This document shows positions 9,486 through 19,187 of a DNA stretch of 64,000 nt, piece by piece. The notes below the pieces were generated by a model, which was given only the letters and a program-made list of their open reading frames with translations, ran no database searches and was not told the origin of the DNA. Location: the NCBI GenBank assembly GCA_041663045.1, contig JBAZRH010000001.1, positions 276,403 through 340,402 on the forward strand, given 5' to 3'. The first letter of the stretch is position 1. Each line of letters opens with the position of its first letter. A program made the position numbers and the translations under genes. Source of the stretch: Minisyncoccota bacterium (GTDB taxonomy: Bacteria; Patescibacteriota; Minisyncoccia; Phycocordibacterales; GWA1-40-21).

Positions 9486-9947
9486 ATGTCGAGTATGAGT
9501 ATACATAAAATAATTAAAGACGGAATAAAAGAAGCGATGTTGAAAAAAGATGTATTAAGGCTTACGGTGCTTCGCGGAGTATCTTCTGCCTTTACAAACG
9601 AAATAATCGCAAAAGACATAAAAGGAGATGAATTGGGAGATGAAGAAGCTCTTGCAGTTATACGAAGACTCGTAAAACAGAGAAAAGACTCTATCGAACA
9701 ATTTACAAAAGGTGGCAGACCAGAGCTTGCAAAAGCTGAAGAAGCCGAGATGAAAATACTTGAAGCTTTCTTGCCACAAATGATGAGTGAGGATGAAGTG
9801 AGAAAAGTTGTGGAAGCGAAAATCGCTTCTGCCGGAAATGTGGATAAAACAAAAATCGGACAATTTATCGGCTCCGTGATGAAAGAACTTAAGGGGAAGG
9901 CGGATGGAGCAGTGGTGAAAAAGGTTGTTGAGGAATTGGTGAAATAA
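9486..9947 (+). CDS. yqeY: GatB/YqeY domain protein
   Basis: YqeY-like helical domain (LTVLRGVSSAFTNEII...ELAKAEEAEMKILEAFLP). An upstream GTG at 9459 is possible, but the ATG at 9486 is more likely. Confidence 0.7.
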   Translation: MSSMSIHKIIKDGIKEAMLKKDVLRLTVLRGVSSAFTNEIIAKDIKGDELGDEEALAVIRRLVKQRKDSIEQFTKGGRPELAKAEEAEMKILEAFLPQMMSEDEVRKVVEAKIASAGNVDKTKIGQFIGSVMKELKGKADGAVVKKVVEELVK

Positions 9948-10070
9948 AAGCTCCCTCCCATCACTATTTTCCACCAGTGTGCCTTCATCCCGAAGAAAAT
10001 CATAATCGCTGTTCTATACGAAAAATCCCAGAGTCGCTCCCGCACCTCCCGCCCGTGAGGTTTTTCTGTT
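9948..10070. repeat. Intergenic repeat, family B copy 1
   Basis: Shares ccattttc(c/t)caccagtgtgccttca...gaaaatcat..tcgctgttctatacgaaaaatc with 42128-42320 and, inverted, 53500-53645. Confidence 0.75.
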
Positions 10071-10094
10071 CAATTCCTTGATATGTTTTGTGGT

Positions 10095-10124
10095 TTGACA
10101 ATCGATATACGACTCTGGTATAAT
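10095..10124 (+). promoter_or_regulatory. Near-consensus sigma-70-type promoter
   Basis: TTGACA - 18 nt - TATAAT. A GGAGGA RBS and the ATG at 10172 follow. Confidence 0.7.
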
Positions 10125-10171
10125 ACACCCAGACAAGTTTTCCTGGTTTTCAAAGTGATCGGAGGATTATT

Positions 10172-10417
10172 ATGGGAAGAAAAAGGAAATGGACAGATGA
10201 GGAGCTGATAAAAGAGGCTGGCAGATTGTTCCGAAAAGGAAAGCCCGCGTTTGACGCCGTGAAAGCTGTATTCAATAAGCATGGCATATTCAACCGAGAG
10301 AGGTTTCGTAGAATCCGCCAAGCGATACTTGGTCAGCCTACTGAGCCACACCGGGAGCAACCGCCCCAAGACGATCGCAAGCCGTGGTATTTAGATGAAC
10401 GAACCGGCATGGCCTGA
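10172..10417 (+). CDS. Small basic hypothetical protein (81 aa)
   Basis: Strong promoter, RBS and downstream terminator. GC is noticeably higher than in neighbouring genes. Confidence 0.55.
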   Translation: MGRKRKWTDEELIKEAGRLFRKGKPAFDAVKAVFNKHGIFNRERFRRIRQAILGQPTEPHREQPPQDDRKPWYLDERTGMA

Positions 10418-10428
10418 TCAGCACCTCG

Positions 10429-10461
10429 AACACCCCCGCCTACTACGGGGGTGTTTTTTTA
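10429..10461 (+). terminator. Rho-independent terminator
   Basis: cacccccgcc-tacta-cgggggtg followed by TTTTTTT. Confidence 0.8.
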
Positions 10462-10574
10462 TTTATGTGACCTCACGGGGAATCGGTCACGAGTATTTTT
10501 CTGCTGAAAAATCTCGCTACCCCGCCTCGCGCCGTCACGCTCCGGCTTTCGATTCCCCTGGACTTAAATAAAAA

Positions 10575-10606
10575 TCACCAGCGAATAATGCTGGCGATTT
10601 TTATTT
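10575..10606. terminator. Bidirectional terminator downstream of tRNA-Glu
   Basis: caccagcg-aataat-gctggcg, with a T-run on both strands. Confidence 0.65.
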
Positions 10607-10609
10607 ATG

Positions 10610-10681
10610 TGACCCTACAGAGAATCGAACTCTGATTACAGCCTTGAGAAGGCCGTGTCCTAACCGTTAGACGATAGGGCC
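10610..10681 (-). tRNA. tRNA-Glu (anticodon CTC)
   Basis: The reverse complement GGCCCTATCGTCTAACGGTTAGGACACGGCCTTCTCAAGGCTGTAATCAGAGTTCGATTCTCTGTAGGGTCA folds as a cloverleaf with a TTCGATT T-loop. The anticodon loop is TTCTCAA. No CCA is encoded. Confidence 0.85.
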
Positions 10682-10797
10682 AATATTAAATTGTTTAAAC
10701 TAAAATCTCGAACCCTGAATTTACCTTCTTACAGAAGCCGTATACCTATTCTGTTTTATATTTCGCTTCACTCATATAAAACCATCATAGGTCTTTC

Positions 10798-10950
10798 ATT
10801 TGGGTCCCTTGCCCAAATTTCAACCTCTCGAAGGCCGTGTCCTAGTCACAAGTCAAAGTCTGCTGACTTTGCTTGCGACCCCCTCTCGTGCCGTCGCACT
10901 CCGATCTTGCGGTTGGGTCCCACCCCAACCTCACGTTAGACGATGAGGCC
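10798..10950 (-). pseudogene. Degenerate tRNA-Glu-like pseudogene with a roughly 93 nt insertion in the D-loop
   Basis: The reverse complement begins GGCCTCATCGTCTAACG and ends TAGGACACGGCCTTCGAGAGGTTG, homologous to the tRNA-Glu 5' half and anticodon arm. The T-arm and acceptor 3' half are replaced by a tttgggtccc...gggacccaaa hairpin that also occurs inside the repeat at 63645-63735. Confidence 0.55.
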
Positions 10951-11009
10951 AAAAATCAGCGGGCATTTTGCGAAACAAAACGCCCGTCTCATATTTTTAT
11001 AACATAATA

Positions 11010-12305
11010 TTATCTTTTTTTCCACTCTTCCTCCTGCCTCACAAGTAGTTCTTCTGCTTTTTCTGGTTCTGCCATCACTTCCTCTACAGTTCGTTCCATA
11101 CGAGTTGATTGCGAGCCTTTTATAAGTATAATATCACCCTCCCTTAATATATCCTGCAAGGCTGTACCGGCTTCAACAGAATTGTCAAATTGAAAGACGT
11201 TTAATTCACCAAGACCATTGTCAAGAGCTCCTTCAGCAATCCTCCTCGATCTCACTCCAACAGTCATTAAAATATCTGAGGATTCTGCAACAAGCTTTCC
11301 TGCCTCATAATGTTCTTCTGTTGAGTGTTTACCAAGCTCCATCATATCTGCAAGAACGGCAATTTTTCTGGCTTTTGTCTTAATATCTTTTAGAGCTTTG
11401 AGAGCCGAGTGTAGTGCTACGGGTGATGAGTTGTAAGTATCATCTAAAATTGTCGTATTCTTTATTCCTAGTAATATCCTCATTCTACCCTTCGGCGATT
11501 CGTGTTTTAAAAGTCCTTCACCAGCTTTAACAAGATTCACATCTTGTGAAAGACCAACAGAGATAGCAGCCAAAGATGAATAAATACTCTGCATACCAAG
11601 TGAATATTTTATAATTATTGGTACAGAATTGTTTAAATATCCCACTTTGAAAATCATGCCATCTGGCGTTCTCGTCTTCTCTTCATAATGTATTTCGATA
11701 TTTGACGCTTTAATATCGGCATCACCCAAAAGACCGTACTTTAAAATCCTAGTATTTGCCCTCTGTGTCATTTTCATAGCGTCAACATCATCAGCGTTTG
11801 CAATTAACACCCCGTCATATTTCAGAGCATCTACTAAATACCATTTCTCCTTTATTATTTCATCTCTATTTTTAAAGAACTCAATATGAACAGGAATTTG
11901 TGCAAATCTTGTCAGAACTACTACATCTGGGCGAAGCCACTTCGATATGTTCTTAATATCTCCTGGCCTATCTGCACCAACTTCGAGTATAAGCCATTCT
12001 GGGTAACTCTGTCTCCAGATTATCAATCTTAAACCTTCCCAAATATTATTAAGCCATTTAAAAGGGTTGCTCCAAGCGTTCGGACACCCGAGTATCGTAA
12101 GTGGAATACCAATGTCACTATTAAAACTCTTTTCACTTTTTCTAACGTAAAATGATCCGGACATTACTGAAAAAATAGCGTCTTTTGTGGACGTTTTCCC
12201 AACACTCCCAGTAACCGCCACTACTTTAGGGTTGTATTTCTTCAGGACAAGTCTTGATTCAAATTGAATTATCTTCGTAATTATTTTCTTGAAAATTGAT
12301 TTCAT
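11010..12305 (-). CDS. murF: UDP-MurNAc-tripeptide--D-Ala-D-Ala ligase MurF
   Basis: Mur ligase P-loop AVTGSVGKTSTKD, middle and C-terminal Mur ligase domains, and dcw cluster context. Confidence 0.85.
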   Translation of the reverse strand: MKSIFKKIITKIIQFESRLVLKKYNPKVVAVTGSVGKTSTKDAIFSVMSGSFYVRKSEKSFNSDIGIPLTILGCPNAWSNPFKWLNNIWEGLRLIIWRQSYPEWLILEVGADRPGDIKNISKWLRPDVVVLTRFAQIPVHIEFFKNRDEIIKEKWYLVDALKYDGVLIANADDVDAMKMTQRANTRILKYGLLGDADIKASNIEIHYEEKTRTPDGMIFKVGYLNNSVPIIIKYSLGMQSIYSSLAAISVGLSQDVNLVKAGEGLLKHESPKGRMRILLGIKNTTILDDTYNSSPVALHSALKALKDIKTKARKIAVLADMMELGKHSTEEHYEAGKLVAESSDILMTVGVRSRRIAEGALDNGLGELNVFQFDNSVEAGTALQDILREGDIILIKGSQSTRMERTVEEVMAEPEKAEELLVRQEEEWKKR

Positions 12306-12359
12306 GTTTTTATATTAGCATATCGAGAGTACAAATGACAAAAATGTTTTTATCTTATT

Positions 12360-14099
12360 CTATCTATCTGGCGGTATCTCATAATAATTTATTAAATATT
12401 TTGCAATATCAAAAAAAGGTTTAGAAAGAGTATTTGAAGCAAAATCTATATTTTGAGGTTCGATTGTATATAAAAATACTAAAAATCTTGGATTATATGC
12501 CGGGAAATATCCGAAAAAAGAATGCAAAAATCTGTCTGGATAGTAACCTCCACCATCTTTGGCTGATCTTGCTATCTGTGCAGTACCTGTCTTTGCAGCA
12601 ACGCTATAGTGTTCAATTTTATATTGTCCTTGTATTAAGGCCGTGTCTACCAAGTTTACAAGCATTCTCGTAATCTCTTCTGATGTTCCTTTACTTATTA
12701 TTTGTTGCGCTTCATCTATATAAGAGACTTTCTTAGATAATCCAACCTTATAATCGATCCTCGATACGACGTGCGGGGTAATGAGTTTGCCACCATTCGC
12801 TAACACAGAAAAAGCTCTTGTTGCAGCAATAGGTGTCATAGAAAAACCCTGCCCAAAGGAAGCGTTCGCAAACTCTATTTGTTTTGAACTGCTTAGATTA
12901 GATGTGAGATTGTCTATATTTCCTGCCGACTCACCAGGTAAATCTATACCGGTCTCTGTACCTATACCAAACCTTTTGAAATAATCCAAAAACTTCTGTC
13001 TGCCCATGCTTTGCATAACAAAAGTAGCACCAGTATTCATTGAGTGATTCAACACATCTTGCATACTTGTTTTACCTCTGCTTTTTTTATCAACATTGTA
13101 AACCTTATAGCCGTCTAATTCGATAAAACCATAATCCGTAAATGTTGTTTTTGCACTTATAACGCCAGAATCAAAACCGGAAGCCATAGTAATCGCCTTT
13201 ATTACTGATCCTAATTCGTAAGAATCACTTACAAGTGGATTTGAAAAAACGCCAACATCTTTTTCTTTACTAAAATCATTTAAATTAAACTCTGGATATA
13301 CCCCCATAGCATATATTTCTCCAGTTTTGGGGTCTATTACTATTCCGCCGGTGATTTTCGAATTCCATTTCTTTGTAGTCTGACTAAGTGCATTTTCAAG
13401 ATACCCTTCTACTTCAGGATTTATGGTAGTAATAATATCGCCTTCTCTTTGTGAATCTTGTATAAAATTCTTATTTATATTTGAAAATATTTCGGCAAAT
13501 ACGTTTACATAAATATCACCGCCATCTCTGACTAGAGTATCATTATAGTATTTCTCTAGACCATATCTTCCCTCGAGAGCATCACCGACATCATTATACC
13601 CAACAAAACCAGTAAGACGAGCGGCAAGACTTTCTCCAGGATAATATCTCCATTTTTCTTTTTGAATAATAAGGCCTGTAATCTTCTCTGCATCGATCTT
13701 CTTTACTATTTCTTCTGGAACCTTTCTCGCTATCTCTTCATATGGATCATTCTTCTTTAACATTTTAGAGTAGAAAACGGCAGGGTCTAAAGTAAGATAT
13801 TGAGAGAGCGTCTTATAAACCAGATCTCCATCTAAAATCAACTTTGGACTGACTGCTACTGTATATCCGGTCTTTAATGTCGCGGCAGATACAAGTGATC
13901 CATCTTTTGTTTGAAAAAATATGCTTCCCCTATCAAAAACATTGTTAGATACTGTCGTATATTGTCTATCGGCTTTTTCTAAAAAAATATCACCGTTTAC
14001 AATTTGCAGAAAATACAGTCTAACAGTTAGTAATATAGAAAAAAGAATTATCAGAATAAAGATAAACCTAACCCTTAATGAGAAACTACTTGTTTTCAT
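12360..14099 (-). CDS. ftsI: Penicillin-binding protein FtsI (PBP3-type transpeptidase)
   Basis: N-terminal TM helix, PBP dimerisation domain, and the GSVIK (SxxK), SMN (SxN) and KTGTA (KTG) motifs. Positioned between ftsL and murF. Confidence 0.85.
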   Translation of the reverse strand: MKTSSFSLRVRFIFILIILFSILLTVRLYFLQIVNGDIFLEKADRQYTTVSNNVFDRGSIFFQTKDGSLVSAATLKTGYTVAVSPKLILDGDLVYKTLSQYLTLDPAVFYSKMLKKNDPYEEIARKVPEEIVKKIDAEKITGLIIQKEKWRYYPGESLAARLTGFVGYNDVGDALEGRYGLEKYYNDTLVRDGGDIYVNVFAEIFSNINKNFIQDSQREGDIITTINPEVEGYLENALSQTTKKWNSKITGGIVIDPKTGEIYAMGVYPEFNLNDFSKEKDVGVFSNPLVSDSYELGSVIKAITMASGFDSGVISAKTTFTDYGFIELDGYKVYNVDKKSRGKTSMQDVLNHSMNTGATFVMQSMGRQKFLDYFKRFGIGTETGIDLPGESAGNIDNLTSNLSSSKQIEFANASFGQGFSMTPIAATRAFSVLANGGKLITPHVVSRIDYKVGLSKKVSYIDEAQQIISKGTSEEITRMLVNLVDTALIQGQYKIEHYSVAAKTGTAQIARSAKDGGGYYPDRFLHSFFGYFPAYNPRFLVFLYTIEPQNIDFASNTLSKPFFDIAKYLINYYEIPPDR

Positions 14100-14424
14100 T
14101 TGTAGACAAAGATAGGCCGTTTGAAGATGGTTTAAGAGCCAAGAATTTCTGGTTTTTTATAGCAATAAAACCTTTGGATACAGCCAGATCCATTGTTATA
14201 GCGTTTTTAGCATTTAGATAGTTAAATTCTGCAGAATTTATACTTGAATTCAATACAGAAACGTCTTTTTCAAGCCTTTCTGTCTTAATGGAATTCATAA
14301 CAACACCATAAACCAAAATTATGTATGAAGCCAAGAGAGATACAAATACTGAGAGAAGAATTCTTGTGACGTTTTTCTCCCCGTATGTGAATTTTCCTAT
14401 TTGGTTTTTAATTGCTTTTGTCAT
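14086..14424 (-). CDS. ftsL: Cell division protein FtsL-like
   Basis: Small bitopic protein between rsmH and ftsI, with a single TM helix and a coiled-coil periplasmic tail. Confidence 0.6.
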   Translation of the reverse strand: MTKAIKNQIGKFTYGEKNVTRILLSVFVSLLASYIILVYGVVMNSIKTERLEKDVSVLNSSINSAEFNYLNAKNAITMDLAVSKGFIAIKNQKFLALKPSSNGLSLSTNENK

Positions 14425-15311
14425 ACTATTTTTTCAATAACTCTAAGTTTTGCACTTCTCGATCTTGGATTTTCGTGTATCTCCCTTTCACTTGGAACAA
14501 TTGGTTTTTTGTTTATAAGTCTCCCTTCTCCTATTTTTGACTTATCTCTGAAAAAATTTTTAACTTCTCTGTCTTCAACGCTGTGAAAAGAAATTATCCC
14601 TATACGTCCGCCGTTATTTAACAGTGTCCATCCTTTTTGCATACCTTCTTTCAGAGCACTGATTTCATCATTTACTGCTATTCTCAAAGCCTGAAAAGTT
14701 TTTGTAGCAAAATGTATTTTTCCTCTCTTGTATGCTGCGGGTACTGCTCTTTTGATTATCTCTACAAGGTCAACTGTTGTCTTTATCGGCTTTTCTTTTC
14801 TTGCCTCGACAACTTCCCTCGCAATTCTTCTAGAATATCTTTCATCCGAGTAAGCGTAGATAATGTCCGCTATTGTCTCTTCGCTCCAGTTGTTTAGAAT
14901 TATCTCGGCGGTTACGCTTTCACCTTCTCCCTCAGAAAATGTCATAAGGAGGGGTTCGTTATTTCTTAAGGTAAAGCCCCTGCCGGATGCATCAAGTTGA
15001 TCGGATGATAGTCCAAGATCAAGGAGAATCGCATCTACCGAAGAGACACCGACAGAGCTTAAAACCGAATCAATCTTTCTGTAATCAGATAAGACAAGAT
15101 CAAACTTGCAGCCAATCTTTGAAAGACTTGCTTCTGCCCTTCTTATTGCCCCCATATCTCTATCCGTAGCGATAACGCGCACCTTTCCACCAAACTCTGA
15201 ACAAACTTTTGCACAGTGACCAGCTCCTCCAAGAGTACCGTCAAAAAACACGGCCCCTGGTTTAAGATTAAGATTTTCTATAGCTTCATTTAAAAGAACT
15301 GTCTTGTGCAT
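14421..15311 (-). CDS. rsmH: 16S rRNA (cytosine1402-N4)-methyltransferase RsmH (MraW)
   Basis: FFDGTLGGAGH SAM-binding start and full-length MraW homology. Follows mraZ. Confidence 0.9.
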   Translation of the reverse strand: MHKTVLLNEAIENLNLKPGAVFFDGTLGGAGHCAKVCSEFGGKVRVIATDRDMGAIRRAEASLSKIGCKFDLVLSDYRKIDSVLSSVGVSSVDAILLDLGLSSDQLDASGRGFTLRNNEPLLMTFSEGEGESVTAEIILNNWSEETIADIIYAYSDERYSRRIAREVVEARKEKPIKTTVDLVEIIKRAVPAAYKRGKIHFATKTFQALRIAVNDEISALKEGMQKGWTLLNNGGRIGIISFHSVEDREVKNFFRDKSKIGEGRLINKKPIVPSEREIHENPRSRSAKLRVIEKIV

Positions 15312-15315
15312 GGCT

Positions 15316-15750
15316 TTACAGAGCCCCGGCCTGACCTAATTTCTCTGCTAATTGATCGGCCCTTTTCTCCACAACACCCTTGTATTCTTTCCAGGATTCT
15401 TCATTCCAGATTTCAACTCTATCCTGAACACCGACAACTGATACTTTATTCTTAAGATTTGCTCTTGCGACTAAAAATTCCGGTAATAGTATTCTTCCGA
15501 TAGTATCTACTTCCACTTCTGTCGCACTTCCAAACATATATCTGTTGAAGCTTCTGTTGTCCGCTTGAAGCATTGAGAAATCGGAAAGTCTTTCTGAGAT
15601 TTTCTTCCACTGTGCAAAAGTAAATATCCAGAGACAATTATCAAGTCCGGCAGTAATAATAATCTTCCTTCCCATCTCTTTGCGAAATTTCACTGGGAGA
15701 GAGACTCTTTTCTTATCGTCTAGTGTATGTATGTATTCGCCAATTAACAT
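15316..15750 (-). CDS. mraZ: Transcriptional regulator MraZ
   Basis: Tandem MraZ domains (DDKKRVSLP / GRILLP). First gene of the dcw cluster. Confidence 0.85.
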   Translation of the reverse strand: MLIGEYIHTLDDKKRVSLPVKFRKEMGRKIIITAGLDNCLWIFTFAQWKKISERLSDFSMLQADNRSFNRYMFGSATEVEVDTIGRILLPEFLVARANLKNKVSVVGVQDRVEIWNEESWKEYKGVVEKRADQLAEKLGQAGAL

Positions 15751-16021
15751 AAGAATTCTATTATTAGTTTAAGGAAGACTTAATAAAATCTCTCACTTTT
15801 TATTTTATCCCACTTCTTCCCACTTATGCTGTATTTTATAGCACTTAGTCCCACCAAGCAACACCTAGACTGTTGATAAGTTCAAATACAAAAATCCATC
15901 CTTATCTACCAATGGTGGATTTGACATATCGCAGAGATAGGACTAGTATAAAAAATGGAAAATACATGTATACACTCGTGTGGGTGCACTTGTATAGCGA
16001 TGTTGTTTGAAGGAGGTAAAG

Positions 16022-16438
16022 ATGAACAATAAAGACCTTGATTGGAGAGAGATTGTCAGAATAATTGTAGCTATGGTGGCGGTCATTGGAACTGTGGCAA
16101 TCGTCGTAAGTGCTAGTATAAACGTACAACACAAACACGGCCACGACGAAGACACTCGAACGAAAATACCCTTTCATTCTGACCTCAAGTCGGAAATGAT
16201 TTATGGAGGGGTTATCAACACGAGTATCAAGAAATCTCAACAGATCGTCAGGTTTGGTAATAAATTATTGGTTGAGCTCGTCGAATACGACATAACAAAT
16301 GCGAGGTTTACACCAGTCGGTACACGGAGATATTTGTTAAAACTTGATGACTATATCCCCAACATCGGCGAATATGCTCTCGCTATCAAAACACCAAGTG
16401 GGATTAAACTTGTTAAGTATAACCCGCCAAAACCTTAG
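16022..16438 (+). CDS. Membrane-anchored hypothetical protein
   Basis: AGGAGG RBS before the ATG at 16022. A TTGACA-N17-TAGTAT promoter lies near 15935. N-terminal TM helix, then a terminator. Confidence 0.55.
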   Translation: MNNKDLDWREIVRIIVAMVAVIGTVAIVVSASINVQHKHGHDEDTRTKIPFHSDLKSEMIYGGVINTSIKKSQQIVRFGNKLLVELVEYDITNARFTPVGTRRYLLKLDDYIPNIGEYALAIKTPSGIKLVKYNPPKP

Positions 16439-16454
16439 TCATCTGGCCATATAA

Positions 16455-16500
16455 AGCCGCCCGCGAAGGACTCTTGCGGGCGGCTATCTTTATTTATCGA
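16455..16500 (+). terminator. Rho-independent terminator
   Basis: gccgcccgcgaaggactcttgcgggcggc followed by TATCTTTATTT. Confidence 0.8.
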
Positions 16501-16503
16501 ATA

Positions 16504-17151
16504 TTATTTTCCTGTTCTAACACATCTTGTCGCTGCGGCTCCACCTGCTGGTTGATGATAAACACTTCCATCAGAAAAAAGTACTATGAATTTGTCCCCT
16601 CTGTATCCTGCTGGAGATGTATAAGTCCAATACGGGCCTTCTGTTGTATTTGGAAAAAAGGTTTTATTTATAGCTGGATCAAAAGAGCCAGTGTCTACAA
16701 TGGAGCTAAGTTCTTTAAGAGTAGGCATTCTCCATTCCTTACTATTTCCACCCAAATTTAATCTCTCACATTCAGATCTGGCTTTAGACCATTCCCGAAG
16801 AGCGGCACTTCCAGAAGTACATTTACTGCCTGACATACCTTGAACACATTTTGCCCAGATAAGACCAGTATAATTATCTGTTATAGTGTTATCGCCATTA
16901 TCTTTATAGTTAGTTGGTGATTCAGGTGGTATACCCCTAGCTAATTGAGTAATTGTGGATGTGGCAATTGGCGTTGTAGATGTTGCTATTTTAATAGTTG
17001 AGAGACCAACCGTCCCGAATTTGCCTGAAAGAAATTCCGCGAGATTCTCTTTCAAAACATGTTTATAAGAGACTCTATCAAAAACAACGAATGAAAAAAG
17101 TAAAACTGCAACAAAAGAGAGTATCAATGTCTTTTTATTTTCTTCTATCAT
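16504..17151 (-). CDS. Secreted DUF1566 (Lcl C-terminal domain-like) protein
   Basis: N-terminal TM or signal sequence. The C-terminal DUF1566-type signature is ITDNYTGLIWAK...WRMPTLKEL. Confidence 0.6.
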   Translation of the reverse strand: MIEENKKTLILSFVAVLLFSFVVFDRVSYKHVLKENLAEFLSGKFGTVGLSTIKIATSTTPIATSTITQLARGIPPESPTNYKDNGDNTITDNYTGLIWAKCVQGMSGSKCTSGSAALREWSKARSECERLNLGGNSKEWRMPTLKELSSIVDTGSFDPAINKTFFPNTTEGPYWTYTSPAGYRGDKFIVLFSDGSVYHQPAGGAAATRCVRTGK

Positions 17152-17179
17152 ACTGGTCTAATTAATAATTACTAGTAAA

Positions 17180-18637
17180 TTATCCCTTTCGTTTCATAAA
17201 TGGAAATATCTGACATTCCCTAATCGGCTTGTCCGACAAGAAACTAAAAAGCCTTTCAGAAAAACCGAAACCAAAAGTCGGTGGCATACCGTATTCAAGT
17301 GCTTCGACAAATTCTCCGTCCATCATCTGCGCTTCTTCATCTCCAGTTTCTCGAAGCTTGGCTTGTCCCTCAAATCTCTCCATCTGATCGAGCGGATCAT
17401 TGAGCTCGCTGAAACCCTTACCCATTTCAGAACCAGCAAGGATAACTTGGAACCTTTCTACAAGATCAGGATTTTTTTCCATTCTTTTTGCAAGCGGTTC
17501 CATCATCACCGGCACATTTATAAGGAATCCTGGACCGCCAATTTGCTTCCTGCAATATTTCCACAAACTATCTATCGCTCTGTTTTTATTAAAACCTTTT
17601 TTGTCATATTCGATTTTCAAATCCTGTATTTTGTTTTCCATATCTTTGAGAGATGCGGACAAAATATCCACTTTCGTTATTTTCTTTATTGTATCGACAT
17701 AATCATATCTTTCCCATTTACCACCAAGATCTATGTCAAAGCCTCTTACTTTAAATTTCAGTGTACCAAAAGTCTCCGTGACAATATATTTATACATTTC
17801 TTCTATGAATTTCATGCCGATTTCATAATCTGAATATGCCCAATAAAATTCCATATGCATATAATCTTGCAAGTGTTCTGCATCAGCACCTTCGTTTCTA
17901 AAGATTCTACCTATTTCAAAAACCTTTGGAAAACCCGCAACCATAAGACGTTTGAGCCAAAGCTCCGGTGAAATTCTCAAGTATACGTCTGTATCATAAG
18001 CATTATAATGCGTAATAAACGGCCTTGCATCCGCTCCACCCGCCGTATTCTCAAGAATAGGTGTATCCACTTCCATAAAATTTCTCTCTAGAAGAAAGTC
18101 CCTCGTTGATTTCCAAAACTTCGATCTCTTCACAACCATATCTTTCACTTCCGGATTCGACAGTATATCCAAATATCTTTTTCTTAATCTTTCTTCTTCA
18201 TCTTGAAGACCGTGCCATTTCTCCGGCAAAGGTCTCAAACTTTTCGTAAGCATTTTCCATTCCTCTACCTTAATGGTTTTTTCGCCCTTTTTTGTAATAA
18301 AAAGTGTTCCGGAAACTTCCACAAAATCTCCTATATCCGCAGTATTTTGAAATAGATCAAAAGCACTTGCGTCCATCTCATCTTTCTTGAGAAGTCCTTG
18401 AAAAAGTGCAGTGCCATCATTTATATTGAAAAACATTAAACCACCTTGACCTCTTATGGCTATAATCCTACCCACCAGGTAGATTTTTCCTTTCTTAGAG
18501 ATATTTTCAAAGTCTTTTATAACTTCAGATAGATAGAAATCTCTTTTACTCTTTGCAGGGTAAGGGTTTATACCCCTGGCCTGAAGCACCTTCATCTTCT
18601 CTATTCTCGTATTTCTAAGTTCTTCAAAAGAAGCCAT
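17180..18637 (-). CDS. lysS: Lysyl-tRNA synthetase (class II)
   Basis: N-terminal OB-fold anticodon-binding domain plus a class II catalytic core with motifs 1-3 (FRNEG..., GGxxR). Confidence 0.9.
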   Translation of the reverse strand: MASFEELRNTRIEKMKVLQARGINPYPAKSKRDFYLSEVIKDFENISKKGKIYLVGRIIAIRGQGGLMFFNINDGTALFQGLLKKDEMDASAFDLFQNTADIGDFVEVSGTLFITKKGEKTIKVEEWKMLTKSLRPLPEKWHGLQDEEERLRKRYLDILSNPEVKDMVVKRSKFWKSTRDFLLERNFMEVDTPILENTAGGADARPFITHYNAYDTDVYLRISPELWLKRLMVAGFPKVFEIGRIFRNEGADAEHLQDYMHMEFYWAYSDYEIGMKFIEEMYKYIVTETFGTLKFKVRGFDIDLGGKWERYDYVDTIKKITKVDILSASLKDMENKIQDLKIEYDKKGFNKNRAIDSLWKYCRKQIGGPGFLINVPVMMEPLAKRMEKNPDLVERFQVILAGSEMGKGFSELNDPLDQMERFEGQAKLRETGDEEAQMMDGEFVEALEYGMPPTFGFGFSERLFSFLSDKPIRECQIFPFMKRKG

Positions 18638-18649
18638 TTTAAGTATAAA

Positions 18650-19114
18650 TTATTTTATGTCTATAACTCTATATTTTTGAACGCCAGACGGAGCATTAAA
18701 ACTGAAATTCTCTCCCTTCTTCTTTCCAAGTACTGATGCACCTATCGGCGATCTGTTGGATATTTTACCAGCAGACATATCAGACTCGGCTGACCCTACT
18801 ATCATAAAGGTTCTTTTTGCACCGCCGTCTTTTTCTACAGTAACGGTACTGCCTATAACAGCGTGGTCTCCGTGTTTGTCTTCAACAACCGTCGCATTTT
18901 TCAATATTTGATCTAATTTAGAGATTCTCTCTTCAACGCTTGCTTGTAGAGCTCTTGCTTCGTGATATTCGGCATTTTCCGAAAGGTCTCCCAAACCTCT
19001 GGCATAGTCTAAAGACTCTGCGACTTCTTTCCTCTTTACATTTTTAAGATCTTTAAGTTCAGTCACCAATTCACTATATTTCTGCTTCGTAAGATACTCT
19101 CTTTTTTCTTCCAT
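18650..19114 (-). CDS. greA: Transcription elongation factor GreA
   Basis: Coiled-coil N-terminal domain with an FKBP-like C-terminal domain. 154 aa. Confidence 0.85.
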   Translation of the reverse strand: MEEKREYLTKQKYSELVTELKDLKNVKRKEVAESLDYARGLGDLSENAEYHEARALQASVEERISKLDQILKNATVVEDKHGDHAVIGSTVTVEKDGGAKRTFMIVGSAESDMSAGKISNRSPIGASVLGKKKGENFSFNAPSGVQKYRVIDIK

Positions 19115-19187
19115 ATTTAAAAAGGCTTAAAATAATAATTCAGTGGTTATTCTAACATATTAAAGCTAGAAATCAAAAGATTTACTA

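Noticed and set aside
9422-10045. ORFs 9422-10045 (-), 42151-42333 (-) and 53401-53598 (+), which encode similar peptides (FSYRTA.MIFFG.KAHW)
   Set aside because: The similarity comes from translating copies of the family B DNA repeat. The copies occur in both orientations relative to flanking genes and overlap real genes (yqeY and the rel 3' end), so they are non-coding.
10691-10939. ORF 10691-10939 (+), 82 aa
   Set aside because: It covers the tRNA-like pseudogene and repeat modules, and its composition (Ser/Arg/Pro-rich) looks random.
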